Shown: positions 26,709 to 37,400 of the stretch, piece by piece | How positions within the stretch are numbered: position 1 is the stretch's first letter | Layout of the letters: each line of letters starts with the position of its first letter | DNA from: a virus | Taxonomy: Duplodnaviria; Caudoviricetes | Direction: 5' to 3' (one strand) | Length of the DNA: 64,000 nt | IMG/VR virus record: IMGVR_UViG_3300035512_000144 | Coordinates: 9,940-73,939 of that record | Position numbers and translations under genes: made by a program | Notes under the pieces: generated by a model | Told to the model about the DNA's origin: nothing | The model's input: only the letters and a program-made list of their open reading frames with translations | The model's database searches: none

Positions 26709-27860
26709 TTATGTGTTATTTGCAATTTCTTTGTCGTAATCGAAATATATCCCAGTAGATATTTGGGCATCATCAATCAAAGTCTCATAAGAATCAGACT
26801 GGAAATTATCGAATCTAATTAGGCTCCATTTGTCGGTATCATTATCATATTTTGCGTAGTAAATATAATCATCTGTAGCTATGCAAAAATTTCTTGTTAC
26901 AGAACTTGAATCATCTGTAAGGTCTATATTGCAATCTATCAGTTCTATATTTGAACCATCTTCGCTTATGGAAACCACGAATTTAGCTTTCCTGTGATCT
27001 ATGCTGTAAAATTTCTTTTTAAAAAAAATAAGTTTATTCGACATGTGTGCCACAAGATAGTTGTTCGTTCCCTTTTTTTTCCATGTAATTCCATCGCTAG
27101 AAATATATACATAAGATGCTGTGTCATAATCGCTAGAACTGTTCAACAAATAAACACTTCCGCAAAAAATGAAATAATTTTCATTTGCTGCAAGTGAATA
27201 AGCTGAATTTCCATTATCATTTCCACCAGTCGTTTTAACAACTTTGGAGTCTTGAATTGTTATAAGCTGTATTTTTTGCCCATCTGACCGATACGCATGA
27301 ACTACTACAGTCGTACCGTTTTTTTCCACGCAATGACATATATTGAGTGCATTTGTCAAATAACTTTCCACATCAAATGTATGTATTATGTTTGAAGTAT
27401 TACTGTTTAAATCATATAAAAAAATATGTTTTTTTGTATATATAAGCAGTTTCTCATTGTGGGTTCCAATGCTCACTATTCCTTCCCCATTGTATAAATT
27501 GGAATCTAAGACTTTCCATGAGAACCAGTTTTCAGAGTACAATATTTTGTTATTGCCATCAGAAAAAAGTGTATTTCCTACTTTATATAAATGACATGCT
27601 CCAAAATTTCCGTGAATATAGCCCAAGTTATCAAACTTATCTCCAGTAACGGACTCATAAACATACTGCGCATTACTATCTCCTGTTTTTCCAATCAACA
27701 TGAAGTTAGGCGGCAATTTTTTCCATATAAGTTTCGAACCCTTATATAATTCATGGTGCATCATAAGAACGTCATTGTTATGTTCTTCAAGTTTTGCAGG
27801 GAAATACAGATTTTTGTGGTCTTCCCCTTTATACATAAGTCTTGCTGTCTGTCTGCCCAT
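26709..27860 (-). CDS. Tail-associated beta-propeller-like protein (AT-rich)
   Basis: SSDGITWK, SEDGS motifs. Confidence 0.55.
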   Translation of the reverse strand: MGRQTARLMYKGEDHKNLYFPAKLEEHNNDVLMMHHELYKGSKLIWKKLPPNFMLIGKTGDSNAQYVYESVTGDKFDNLGYIHGNFGACHLYKVGNTLFSDGNNKILYSENWFSWKVLDSNLYNGEGIVSIGTHNEKLLIYTKKHIFLYDLNSNTSNIIHTFDVESYLTNALNICHCVEKNGTTVVVHAYRSDGQKIQLITIQDSKVVKTTGGNDNGNSAYSLAANENYFIFCGSVYLLNSSSDYDTASYVYISSDGITWKKKGTNNYLVAHMSNKLIFFKKKFYSIDHRKAKFVVSISEDGSNIELIDCNIDLTDDSSSVTRNFCIATDDYIYYAKYDNDTDKWSLIRFDNFQSDSYETLIDDAQISTGIYFDYDKEIANNT

Positions 27861-29257
27861 TATTCAATCACTATCAATCCTTGTACTGCATATACTGTGT
27901 TTTCATCAAATGTTGTTGGAACTTCTGTAACAGAAACAAAATTCACTCCACTCCCTGTTCCACTGCCATCAAAATCAGCAAACATATCATCTATCTCATC
28001 TTTACTGTACGCATAATCGGAGACGATTTTCTGCGCATCCTGACTGGTGTTTTTCTTTATGGTGTCAATCTGCGTCTGTAAGTCCGTAATAAACTCCGTC
28101 TGGTATTCTTCTCCATTGGCTGTGTAGGAGTCATTCAACGCTTGTATGCCTGTCAGTTCCCGACTCAAGATATAGAACGGCTCCTGTGTGTACACGATAT
28201 CCGCGTTCGGGTCTTCCTCCTGCGCCTTGTAGGTGGATTCGTAATCAATCATGGTGTACGATACAGCGTCTACGCCGCATTCCAGGAACGGCAAGCCGTT
28301 GTTTTGCGATGTGAACGGATGATAAGAAAAACCTTTCACGTTCTCGTAGATATTTTCTGCCACTTCCAATAAAACACTGTTGGACAGTCCATATGTGAAC
28401 ATGTTTCCTTGAATGATGTAGTTGTTCGTACCGTCACCATAGGTGACTCCCTCATCGTCCTCGCTCTGCCGTATGGTCAGCTTGTCCACTGGCTTGACAA
28501 TAAATTCCTCATAGTCAACGGACTTATAAAATCCAAACGCCTCGGCTTGTATCTCTCCGCCTGCCGCCTTGTTGACGCCAAGATGAAACGGAAGAAACAA
28601 GGGCAGATAAGCACCTCCTGATGCGATATTCTGCGACAAAATCCTATATTCAAACTCTCCGTCACGGTTGATAATTCCAAATGCACCGTTTATCTGACAG
28701 ATAGCCTTTATCACGTTCAAGGACTGCAAAGTGTTTGGGTCATACTGCCGACTGATTTCCAAATCATCATTCGGAAGGTCTGTCTCTACCTGTGTCAGCC
28801 CGATATACCGAAACAGGCTGTCTCGGAAATCCCGAAGAGTAATCGGAAACGACAAGGATTTATACCATGACGCAACCTCCACGCTCCCCTTGGTGTACAG
28901 TTCATCATAGGCTGTTATCTGCTTGATACGTTTATTACTCTGCTTTACCGCGCTGTCCACAATTCCGTTAAACAGCGTGATAGGTTCGTCTGCGGTATCG
29001 TCCGTGTATATCTGCACTTCCAACCGCTGATTTTTTAATTCCTCAAATACCGCACTGACCTTGACCGAAAATGACGATGCGATACAGCCAACAAACTCAA
29101 TAGAGTTATTCTCCAAAATGGACTCTTTCAGTTTCATGGACTCTTGATAAATCTGCTTGTGCGGCACCGTCAAATCCAAATCGGGGAAATACAGCACAAG
29201 GTTCTTATGCACACTGTTTAGCTTGTATTCACTTTTGACTGTATCTGAAACTTGCAT
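27860..29257 (-). CDS. Minor tail/baseplate hub (Tal-like) protein
   Basis: Position after Dit; FVGCIAS, ITAYD, ICQINGAFG. Confidence 0.65.
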   Translation of the reverse strand: MQVSDTVKSEYKLNSVHKNLVLYFPDLDLTVPHKQIYQESMKLKESILENNSIEFVGCIASSFSVKVSAVFEELKNQRLEVQIYTDDTADEPITLFNGIVDSAVKQSNKRIKQITAYDELYTKGSVEVASWYKSLSFPITLRDFRDSLFRYIGLTQVETDLPNDDLEISRQYDPNTLQSLNVIKAICQINGAFGIINRDGEFEYRILSQNIASGGAYLPLFLPFHLGVNKAAGGEIQAEAFGFYKSVDYEEFIVKPVDKLTIRQSEDDEGVTYGDGTNNYIIQGNMFTYGLSNSVLLEVAENIYENVKGFSYHPFTSQNNGLPFLECGVDAVSYTMIDYESTYKAQEEDPNADIVYTQEPFYILSRELTGIQALNDSYTANGEEYQTEFITDLQTQIDTIKKNTSQDAQKIVSDYAYSKDEIDDMFADFDGSGTGSGVNFVSVTEVPTTFDENTVYAVQGLIVIE

Positions 29258-29274
29258 ATCTCCCGCCCCTAGTC

Positions 29275-29670
29275 CTAGTATTCAACAAATTTGAAATGTG
29301 TTTCCTTGTAAAACTTAACGCCGTCAACCACGGAATAAAGCCCGAATTTCAAGTTTGAGTCAATGTAGAAATGCCCTGTCTTTAATTTCCCTGTTTCCGG
29401 GTCATAGTAGGTACACTGTGCGTCTCTCTCGTTGTAATTGATATAACTGCCAGTAATAGCGTCCATGAGTTTCCGCATCTGCGGTTCTCTCAACATCTTC
29501 ACATCAAATTCAACCGTAGTTGCCGTGTGACTAAGTGCCGTCCTTTGCAACACGCCGTCCGCATCTCGGTAGCTGTCCAAATCCTGCCTTGCATTTGGCG
29601 TTATGTCATAACTCTCCGCACGTATCAAATATGTAAAATCTGCATTCCCAAACCTGAAAACATTTTCCAT
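29275..29670 (-). CDS. Distal tail (Dit-like) protein
   Basis: DLDSYRDADGVLQR; first tail gene downstream of the tape measure beyond the morons. Confidence 0.65.
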   Translation of the reverse strand: MENVFRFGNADFTYLIRAESYDITPNARQDLDSYRDADGVLQRTALSHTATTVEFDVKMLREPQMRKLMDAITGSYINYNERDAQCTYYDPETGKLKTGHFYIDSNLKFGLYSVVDGVKFYKETHFKFVEY

Positions 29671-29768
29671 CTATGCTTTCTCCCTGTTTTTGCGCACAAA
29701 AAAGACACCTACCATTGGTAGATGCCTATATGTCCTCATATATGAAAAGAGAGTGCCGAAACACTCTC

Positions 29769-31745
29769 TTATTTTATCCATTCTTCAACTAACTGTTCAA
29801 ATTCTTCTGCCGTCATAAGTATCTTTCGCGGCTTTGTTCCTTCTTCTTCTCCAACAACACCAAAATCACAAAGCTGGTCTAAAATGCGTGCTGCCCTGTT
29901 AAAGCCTATCTTGAAAACTCTCTGTAACATTCCTATGTAGGCTTTATCACGCTCTATTACATATCTTCCTGCGTCTACAAACAATGGGTCAAATTCCGAA
30001 TCAAAATTTCCTCCGGAGCCGATATCCATTTTTTTAATCTGTTCCTCTACATCATCGCTGTAAACATTTCCTATTGATTGATTTATCAAAAAATCAACAA
30101 CGTCTGCCACTTCTCTTTCAGAAATAAACGCACCCTGCGCACGAATTGGTTTCGGATAGAGCCACGGATAAAGCATTAAATCGCCTTTCCCGAAAAGATG
30201 TTCTGCTCCATATTCACCTATAACATTTCTCGAATCTCTAGCTGTTGGCAGTTTGAAAACCATTTTGCTCGGAATGTCACGTTTGATATTATTCGTAAGA
30301 ATATTGGAATTAGTTGACCGTGTGGAAACAATCAAATGTATTCCTGCCGACCTTCCCATTTGTGCCAATTTGCAAATATTTTCTTCGATTTCTGCCGGAT
30401 AAGTGAGCATTAAATCAGTCAACTCATTTACAATTATCAAAATCTCCGGCAATTTCCTTTGTGTTTCTGGGTCGCCTGTTTCCCTCATGCTCTCCACTTT
30501 TTTGTTATATCCTTTTAAGTCTCGCACGTAGAAATATCCAAACTTCTTGTAACGGTCAGTCATCTCCGCCACACCCCAGTGCAATGCAGAAACAGCCTTC
30601 TTAGGGTCTGTCACAACCGGAATCAAGAGATGCGGAATCCCATTGTAAATATTCAAGTTGACAATTTTAGGGTCTATCAGAATCATTTTCACATTATCCG
30701 GATGCGCTTTGTACAAAATGCTCATAATAATTGTATCAATGCAAACAGATTTTCCGGAGCCTGTCTCTCCCGCAATCAGAAGATGTGGCATTTTGGAAAT
30801 GTCAGTCAATACAATCTGACCGCTGACATCTTTACCAACGGCAAACGCAAGATTGGATGGAAACTCTTTAAATTCTTTTGACTCTACTAAATCGCGGAAA
30901 CAAACCACCGCATTCTCTTTGTTTGGAATATCAATTCCAACTGCCGCTTTTCCCGGAATAGGAGCCTCAATACGAATGTCCGTAGCTGCAAGATTCAACT
31001 TAATATCATTTGCAAGTCCAACAATCTTACTGACCCTAACGCCCTGTTGCGGTTGCATCTCATATCTTGTAAAAGATGAACCTTGGTCGATATCTGTTAT
31101 AGTGACTCTTACTCCAAAATTTTCTAAAGTCTGTTGTAAAAGTGCCGCCGTCTCGCGTAGTTCCTTTTCTGTTGTTCCTCCGACTCTGCACTTTCCCTTT
31201 GCCAACAAACTGACTGGTGGGAATTTGTATTCTTTTTTAACTTCACGTTCTTTTTGGTTTTCCTCTTTGTGTTCTTCTTTTTCGCCTATGTTTTCTTCAT
31301 GGATTTCCTCTTTTGTTTCTTCTTGTGTTTCGTTGCTTTCTATTTTTTCATTTACGTCTTTTTCTTCTACCGGAGAATCACACTTCGCCTCATTTTCAAT
31401 TTGAGGTTCCGGCACCGGATTATCTTCCGAAATATTTATGTTATGTTCTTCTATATCTTCATCAATAGCATTTGGAGTGGTATTTTCAACACACTCTAAA
31501 TATGCAGACACGGCATTTTCTGTATATGTGCCACGTTGCGTATGTGGTTTTGATACATTCTCTTTTTTATTCGCAAAATGTTTTCTTCTCCTAGCGGAAT
31601 TTGGAATAGATAATACTACTTTATATAGAAGATACACAACAAAAATCAAAACAGCATAAGGCAAAACGGCTTTTACAGCATTGAAAATCCATTCAACCGC
31701 ATAAATAAGCATTCCGAGTAAGAATAAATCAAATAGAAATTCCAT
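29769..31745 (-). CDS. FtsK/SpoIIIE-like DNA translocase (moron) with altered Walker B
   Basis: N-terminal TMs, RIEAPIPGK, MPHLLIAGETGSGKS, IIVNEL, gamma domain LQRVFKIGFNRAARILDQL. Confidence 0.85.
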   Translation of the reverse strand: MEFLFDLFLLGMLIYAVEWIFNAVKAVLPYAVLIFVVYLLYKVVLSIPNSARRRKHFANKKENVSKPHTQRGTYTENAVSAYLECVENTTPNAIDEDIEEHNINISEDNPVPEPQIENEAKCDSPVEEKDVNEKIESNETQEETKEEIHEENIGEKEEHKEENQKEREVKKEYKFPPVSLLAKGKCRVGGTTEKELRETAALLQQTLENFGVRVTITDIDQGSSFTRYEMQPQQGVRVSKIVGLANDIKLNLAATDIRIEAPIPGKAAVGIDIPNKENAVVCFRDLVESKEFKEFPSNLAFAVGKDVSGQIVLTDISKMPHLLIAGETGSGKSVCIDTIIMSILYKAHPDNVKMILIDPKIVNLNIYNGIPHLLIPVVTDPKKAVSALHWGVAEMTDRYKKFGYFYVRDLKGYNKKVESMRETGDPETQRKLPEILIIVNELTDLMLTYPAEIEENICKLAQMGRSAGIHLIVSTRSTNSNILTNNIKRDIPSKMVFKLPTARDSRNVIGEYGAEHLFGKGDLMLYPWLYPKPIRAQGAFISEREVADVVDFLINQSIGNVYSDDVEEQIKKMDIGSGGNFDSEFDPLFVDAGRYVIERDKAYIGMLQRVFKIGFNRAARILDQLCDFGVVGEEEGTKPRKILMTAEEFEQLVEEWIK

Positions 31746-31776
31746 AATTTAGCCCCTTTTCTTTTGTAAGGTAAAA

Positions 31777-32697
31777 TTATTGCAATACTATGACTACTCT
31801 TTCATCGCTCCATGAATTAGTCTCATACTCTAATTCTATGCTCTGTGCGTCTTTAGGAACTTCAAAATAAACCTTAAAGCTGACGTTCCTGCCGCTTGAC
31901 AAGTTCGTGTTCATAAAGTCGTTATCGTCAAGCCCGTATGTTTGGTCGCAAGTGGCGTTATCTGCGTAACAATCAAAATCATATAGACTGACATATTTGT
32001 CAGAATCAGAATTATTCTCAAATGTAACTGATACCATAATGTACTTGTCACCGCTGTTAGGCGTGTGCCAACCATATGTATCATCATAGTCTGTAAAGTC
32101 CAAATCCGCACTGTTAATAGTGACTTTTAAACCGTTATGTTCAAATGAATCTCCAACGTATACAACATCTTTTCCTGTTGTACTTTGACTGACTTCCTCT
32201 GTTTCTTCTTCCTCCGTTTCCTCAACCGCTGTATATGTTGTTTCATCAACTGTGCTTTCTTCTATCTTGCTCTCCGGCACATTGTTTCTTTCTGCCGTTG
32301 TATCTTGCTCACTTATGACTTGCTGTGAGGTGCTTGTCTGCGTGGTACTGGTTGTGCTATCAACGCTACTTCCTATCTTTATTAGCAGCACCAATAAAAG
32401 CATCACGATCGACACACCTATCGCAATTTTGGAACACGTTTTCTTTGTATCATCATCTTTTCTAAGGTCTATAATCGCCAAAACAAGACCTATAATTGCA
32501 AACTTCCCAAGAAACGAAAATACCAACGCCACAATTCCTAGAATTGACATTTTCGGTTCTTCTGGAATATAAGGCTTTATTTCCTGCGTGTTTGTGGCTT
32601 GAAAGCTGCTCGACATTATAGGGCAACCGCAGTTAGGACACGCATTAGCCAAATCACTTATTTCTTTACCACATTCCGGACATTTAATCATTGACAT
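31777..32697 (-). CDS. Zn-ribbon / TM / DUF4352-like membrane protein (moron, possible superinfection immunity)
   Basis: CPECGKEISDLANACPNCG, two TMs, Thr-rich linker, Ig-like C-domain. Confidence 0.7.
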   Translation of the reverse strand: MSMIKCPECGKEISDLANACPNCGCPIMSSSFQATNTQEIKPYIPEEPKMSILGIVALVFSFLGKFAIIGLVLAIIDLRKDDDTKKTCSKIAIGVSIVMLLLVLLIKIGSSVDSTTSTTQTSTSQQVISEQDTTAERNNVPESKIEESTVDETTYTAVEETEEEETEEVSQSTTGKDVVYVGDSFEHNGLKVTINSADLDFTDYDDTYGWHTPNSGDKYIMVSVTFENNSDSDKYVSLYDFDCYADNATCDQTYGLDDNDFMNTNLSSGRNVSFKVYFEVPKDAQSIELEYETNSWSDERVVIVLQ

Positions 32698-32731
32698 AAC
32701 ATTTTCCCCCATGAAAGTAAGTTTTCTTACA

Positions 32732-32761
32732 ATTATACTACTTACATGGGGGAATTGTCAA
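32732..32761 (-). promoter_or_regulatory. Moron promoter
   Basis: TTGACA-18-TATAAT upstream of the membrane-protein gene. Confidence 0.7.
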
Positions 32762-32789
32762 AAATCATAATATATTGGAGCGAAATATT

Positions 32790-35700
32790 CTAATGTTGAA
32801 ACATTCCACGCCCAGTCCGTTTGTAATACTCTCCGTCCTGTTTGGAAAGAGTCTTTCCTAACTGTGTGCCGTCCATCTCAATTACTTTTCCGTCCTGCAC
32901 AGCAGAAATCAACTGTTTCAGCAGATTATTTGTTTCTGCGCTGTCGTTCACGTAAGAATTATCAACGTAAGAATTAGAACTATAATTCGGCACTCCTGCC
33001 AGTGCAACATCATAAGTGCTATACATGGTGTTTGCAAGCTGCATTTGCGGTTTCTGAATGTCAAGGCTAAACTGTTGTAAAGAGTTCTCAACGTCACCGT
33101 AAAGACCCTCCAAACCTATTTTATATCCCTCCATTGTGTAATCTCCAAGAGACTCAAACACTTTTGAAGGACTGTGTATCTGCAAAACGGATTTGAACTT
33201 ATTCGTAATGTTGCTTGCAATATTGCTTACTGTATTTAATACCGTTTGTGCGCCCGAACTGATACCGCTTAACAGACCGGACATAAGGTTTGTTCCTATG
33301 GTCTTGAAATTGCTCACAATAGATGTAAACTTTGATGTCATATTGCTTGCAAATGACTGTACCAAATTTCCAATTTCAGAGAACTTCTCCTTAAATCCTT
33401 CTAGTACACCAAGTAAGATGTTTTGTCCATATGGCATCATATTTTTTGAAGGCGAGTGCATATCAAAAACACTACTGATTGAATTGCATAACCTTGTGAA
33501 GAATCCCTCTGATGCGCCGTCCGTATCAGCATTCTCCATACCCTTTGTAATGCCATAAGCGATATTATCGCTCATAATCTCCAACCCTTGATTGGTGTTC
33601 TCTGCCTCTGTATCTATGTCTTTCAGCTTTTGGATATATGAATCCATGCCATCAATTGTAGCTTGACTAAAAAACTGCTGCGCCTCATCTGTCATGCCTG
33701 CCAAAACATCTTTTGATAATTTACCGTTGGTTTCAATTTCTGAAAATCCATTAGCAATATCTCTCAATGTCTGCGGTGTAGCGTCATACAGTCCAAACGT
33801 ATCTGCCATTTCGCCCAATAGCGGATTAGTGTCAAGTGTTGTCTGACGCAACATTTCCATATCATCATTGGTTAGGCTAAATCGTTCTCTAAGCTGCTCA
33901 AACTGTTCATCTGTGTATATCGCGCCGTCTGAGATGTTTGACATTGCCTTTTCAAGTGCAACGCCCTGTCCTGTCACAGTATCAGCGGCAAATCCATATC
34001 CCTCCAATCCGTTTTTAGCACTTGTTATGAGGTCTTTAAATGCTTGAAAATCTCCCGAAAGTCCCTCATATCTATCTGACATAAGTTCTGTTTGCGTTGA
34101 ATTGTAATTCAATGCGTCTGCCAAATCGTAAATCTTATCTTTCAAAAATTCCAATTCGACATATCCTGCCGCCGCAGCAATTAGACCAGTGATCGCAGTT
34201 GAAAGCAAACTGCAAGATGCCGCCGTAGTTTCCATACCTCCTGCCGATGCCGCCGCTCCACCACTAGCACCAAAAAATGACAAAAATGCTTTTATAGTAG
34301 TCAATACACCAGTTACAGCACTTATAGCACTATAACCAAGTAATGCTACTTTTAATCCAATCAGTGCTCCTACTATAAGTTCTAAGGCATTAGCAACATC
34401 TTCTGCATCAACGCTATCCATCCAATCTTCAATAGCTTTTAAAAAGTTGTCAAATGCCTCACTATTTACAAAATCAGCAAGTGCATCTGAAACTCTATCA
34501 ATAAATATGATAAGACCCTCTCCGACTGTTTCTGCAAAAGGCTCTAGGTGTTGCCAAAACTCTGACAAACTTTCTCTAAGTGCAGACCAGTCAACCTTTT
34601 CGTTGAAGTCAATGAATACTTGCAATAAATCCGGCAGGCCTTTTTCTAATACCCACTTTCCTAACGGAAGTAATACTTCTGTATAAAAATCCGTTATAAC
34701 TCCGCTTAAAGCATCAAATACTGGAATGAGTGAGCGTGTCCATTCTTCTATCTTTGTAAGTAATGGACTAAAATCAATATTTTTCGACCACTCAACCGTA
34801 GCCTCTACCGCCTCATGGATATTATGAATTACAACAGCTATGATATCTCGAATATTCTCCAAGATATGCAGCCCTGTTTTGTTTTCTTCCCATGCAAGTC
34901 TGAAATTGTGTGCAAGATTTCCAACAATCTGCCCTATATCTCCTATGATATGTAGGATTTCTTCAAACATTTTCACTGTTGCGTCTTGATTCCAAACAGT
35001 CAGAAAATCTTTTCCGATAGATTTTATTAAATCCCATACTTCTTTAAGGGCATATTTCCAGGAATCCATGACATACTTTCCTACTTTGTTCCATGCCTTT
35101 TTAAGAGGCGCGAATAAATCAGAAAGAATATCTTTTATTTTATCAGCAATATCAAGCCACTTGCTGTCAATCGGAACTTCCTCGAACATATCTGCCGCGC
35201 TTGTGCCGGAAGAATCCTGCGTGGTGAGATTGTTCAGTGCATCAAAAGGCTGTAATGCTCCCTTTGCCGTTTTTGCTGCACTTGCGATACTGTCTCTGTA
35301 ATCGTCTGTAAGTTCCTTTGCTCTTGTCCATGTGGTTTTTCCAGTCAGCGCAGACAACAACTGGTTTACAGCATTTGCCGCCTTTATGCACAACTGGATA
35401 ATGTAATTCAGTGCAGGGGCAAAAGCATTCAGCAACGGTGATACAGCCGCCGCAAATGAGTTTTTCAACTGGTTCAGAGAGTTCATCAAAAGTGACATAC
35501 TTGCGTTCACGCTGTCACTGTACTGCGCAAGGTTCTGAAAGCCTGTCTTAACGCCGTCAATAATGCCTCTCAATGCCATGCGGACAACCATCAATTTGAG
35601 CATCTTTGTGGTCTTGAAAAGGCTCTTAGTAAGACTCTCGCTTGTGCCGGACAAACCGCTTAACGCTTTCCGCGCAAGTCTAGCCGGAGAAACGATTGAC

Positions 35701-36872
35701 AGTATCTTTTTCCCAAATGCAGCTATCTTACTACCGACTTTTGAAAGAGTAGATTGCAAAGACCTAAGATTGCTTTCCAGTGACTTAACAGCGTCCGAAC
35801 CGCCAATATTCCACTGTGTAGCACCGCCGGACAATTCCAGTTTGTCCTGCTCATTGTATAAATCCTTAAGCTTTTGAGTAGTCTGCTCAATGTCATACTG
35901 CATTTTGCGGTATGTAGTGGTACTTTCAAACTTTGCGTTGGTCGCTCGTCCACGTGCTAACTGTGCGTTCAATGTAGCAAGTGTCTTTTCCGTCTTTGTA
36001 ATCTGATTCTGTAATTCTACATATTCCTGTGTGTAGGATTTCAGACCGCTTTGTACAAATGTATTTTCTAATCTTCCTTTTAACTCTAAAAAACGTTCTT
36101 GTATGCTATATCCGACTTCTTTCAATTTTCCAAGTGAATCAGAAAATCTACTTGATTCTGCTGTTGGTTCTGTGAATGCCTGTGTTGCCGTCTGTGAAAA
36201 ATTAGCAAGAGTCATGTCTATCTCTTGAATAGGCACTTTTACTTGCTCAAAACTTTCTTCGACTGCTGGAATTTCTTCTTCAACCTTATGCAAATTTGCG
36301 TACCAAACGTCAAATTCTTCTTGACTGCTCCACTGTGGCACAAATTCTTTCGTCTTTGATACCTGTGATTGCACCGCCTCAATCATATTAGAGTATTTCT
36401 GAATATCTCTAATAGCATCTTCATACGCTTGACTATCAACCTTACCGCCAGTCTCTAACGCCTGCTTTTTGAGTTTGGCATTTTCTAGTGCATTAGAATA
36501 CTTCTCAATCTGTTTCTGCGCTGCGTCAGACGTTCCGTGAAACTGAAAATCCTTGCCTAAATCCTTGTATTTTTCCGAGAAAATCTTTGACAATTCCTCG
36601 GCACTCTTTTTGACTTTCTCAATCGGGGCTTTTGCCTGCTCCATAGATTTACCGATAGAACTAGACGCAGATTTCGCCTGCGCAGATACATCTTTCATGC
36701 TTTCAGATGCCTGCTGTGATGCCGCAGATATCTCTTTTAAGCCCTCTGCCCCGAAAGCATTTTGAAGTGCGTCTGATACAACTTTGAGTTTTCTCGAAAG
36801 GTCATTTAACGCCTTTTCAGCGTCATCTGCCTCTGCTTTAATCTTGATACTTAAATCCGGCATATCAAACAC
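32790..36872 (-). CDS. Tail tape measure protein
   Basis: 1360 aa, Ala/Ser-rich helical, W/F periodicity, position after the chaperones. Confidence 0.9.
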   Translation of the reverse strand: MFDMPDLSIKIKAEADDAEKALNDLSRKLKVVSDALQNAFGAEGLKEISAASQQASESMKDVSAQAKSASSSIGKSMEQAKAPIEKVKKSAEELSKIFSEKYKDLGKDFQFHGTSDAAQKQIEKYSNALENAKLKKQALETGGKVDSQAYEDAIRDIQKYSNMIEAVQSQVSKTKEFVPQWSSQEEFDVWYANLHKVEEEIPAVEESFEQVKVPIQEIDMTLANFSQTATQAFTEPTAESSRFSDSLGKLKEVGYSIQERFLELKGRLENTFVQSGLKSYTQEYVELQNQITKTEKTLATLNAQLARGRATNAKFESTTTYRKMQYDIEQTTQKLKDLYNEQDKLELSGGATQWNIGGSDAVKSLESNLRSLQSTLSKVGSKIAAFGKKILSIVSPARLARKALSGLSGTSESLTKSLFKTTKMLKLMVVRMALRGIIDGVKTGFQNLAQYSDSVNASMSLLMNSLNQLKNSFAAAVSPLLNAFAPALNYIIQLCIKAANAVNQLLSALTGKTTWTRAKELTDDYRDSIASAAKTAKGALQPFDALNNLTTQDSSGTSAADMFEEVPIDSKWLDIADKIKDILSDLFAPLKKAWNKVGKYVMDSWKYALKEVWDLIKSIGKDFLTVWNQDATVKMFEEILHIIGDIGQIVGNLAHNFRLAWEENKTGLHILENIRDIIAVVIHNIHEAVEATVEWSKNIDFSPLLTKIEEWTRSLIPVFDALSGVITDFYTEVLLPLGKWVLEKGLPDLLQVFIDFNEKVDWSALRESLSEFWQHLEPFAETVGEGLIIFIDRVSDALADFVNSEAFDNFLKAIEDWMDSVDAEDVANALELIVGALIGLKVALLGYSAISAVTGVLTTIKAFLSFFGASGGAAASAGGMETTAASCSLLSTAITGLIAAAAGYVELEFLKDKIYDLADALNYNSTQTELMSDRYEGLSGDFQAFKDLITSAKNGLEGYGFAADTVTGQGVALEKAMSNISDGAIYTDEQFEQLRERFSLTNDDMEMLRQTTLDTNPLLGEMADTFGLYDATPQTLRDIANGFSEIETNGKLSKDVLAGMTDEAQQFFSQATIDGMDSYIQKLKDIDTEAENTNQGLEIMSDNIAYGITKGMENADTDGASEGFFTRLCNSISSVFDMHSPSKNMMPYGQNILLGVLEGFKEKFSEIGNLVQSFASNMTSKFTSIVSNFKTIGTNLMSGLLSGISSGAQTVLNTVSNIASNITNKFKSVLQIHSPSKVFESLGDYTMEGYKIGLEGLYGDVENSLQQFSLDIQKPQMQLANTMYSTYDVALAGVPNYSSNSYVDNSYVNDSAETNNLLKQLISAVQDGKVIEMDGTQLGKTLSKQDGEYYKRTGRGMFQH

Positions 36873-37002
36873 ACCTCACATTCCGTGTATAGAAAAATAG
36901 CAGAAATACCAAGTAAGTCTACTCCGCGTCACCTCTGCGCTTTTCGGCTTGTAGATTTTGGTATTTCCGCTAATGAAATAGGTGACAGGCTGTGACACGC
37001 TA

Positions 37003-37380
37003 TCACCCTTGCTTTTGACCTGCTTTGAAGTTCGCCTCCATGCGTGTTAACTTCGCCGCAAATCTCTCCCGTTGTTTCTCAATTTCTTCTTCTGTAAGTT
37101 CGCCATTACTCTTTTGTTCGTCTAAATCATATGGGGATTCGGGATATTGATACGGTTTCTGACCGCGCCTCTTGAACATATTTCCTACTGTTGCCATGAG
37201 CGCGTCCATGAAATACCGCCCTTGCAGATACGCGACACAGTTCTCAATCTGCATATCGTCTTTTTTCTTCTCGGCATATCCGTCCGCAATCGCCTGTATG
37301 ATTCTCGGATTCATGTGCCAAAAATCTTCCCAAGAAATCCCCAGCTTGTATGCGTTTTTAAACCATTCTTTTTCAAACAT
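37003..37380 (-). CDS. Tail assembly chaperone T part (reached by -1 frameshift)
   Basis: GISWEDFWHMNP; frame open back to the T7 run in the G gene. Confidence 0.75.
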   Translation of the reverse strand: MFEKEWFKNAYKLGISWEDFWHMNPRIIQAIADGYAEKKKDDMQIENCVAYLQGRYFMDALMATVGNMFKRRGQKPYQYPESPYDLDEQKSNGELTEEEIEKQRERFAAKLTRMEANFKAGQKQG

Positions 37381-37400
37381 GTCTTTTGCAGATGTGTAGG

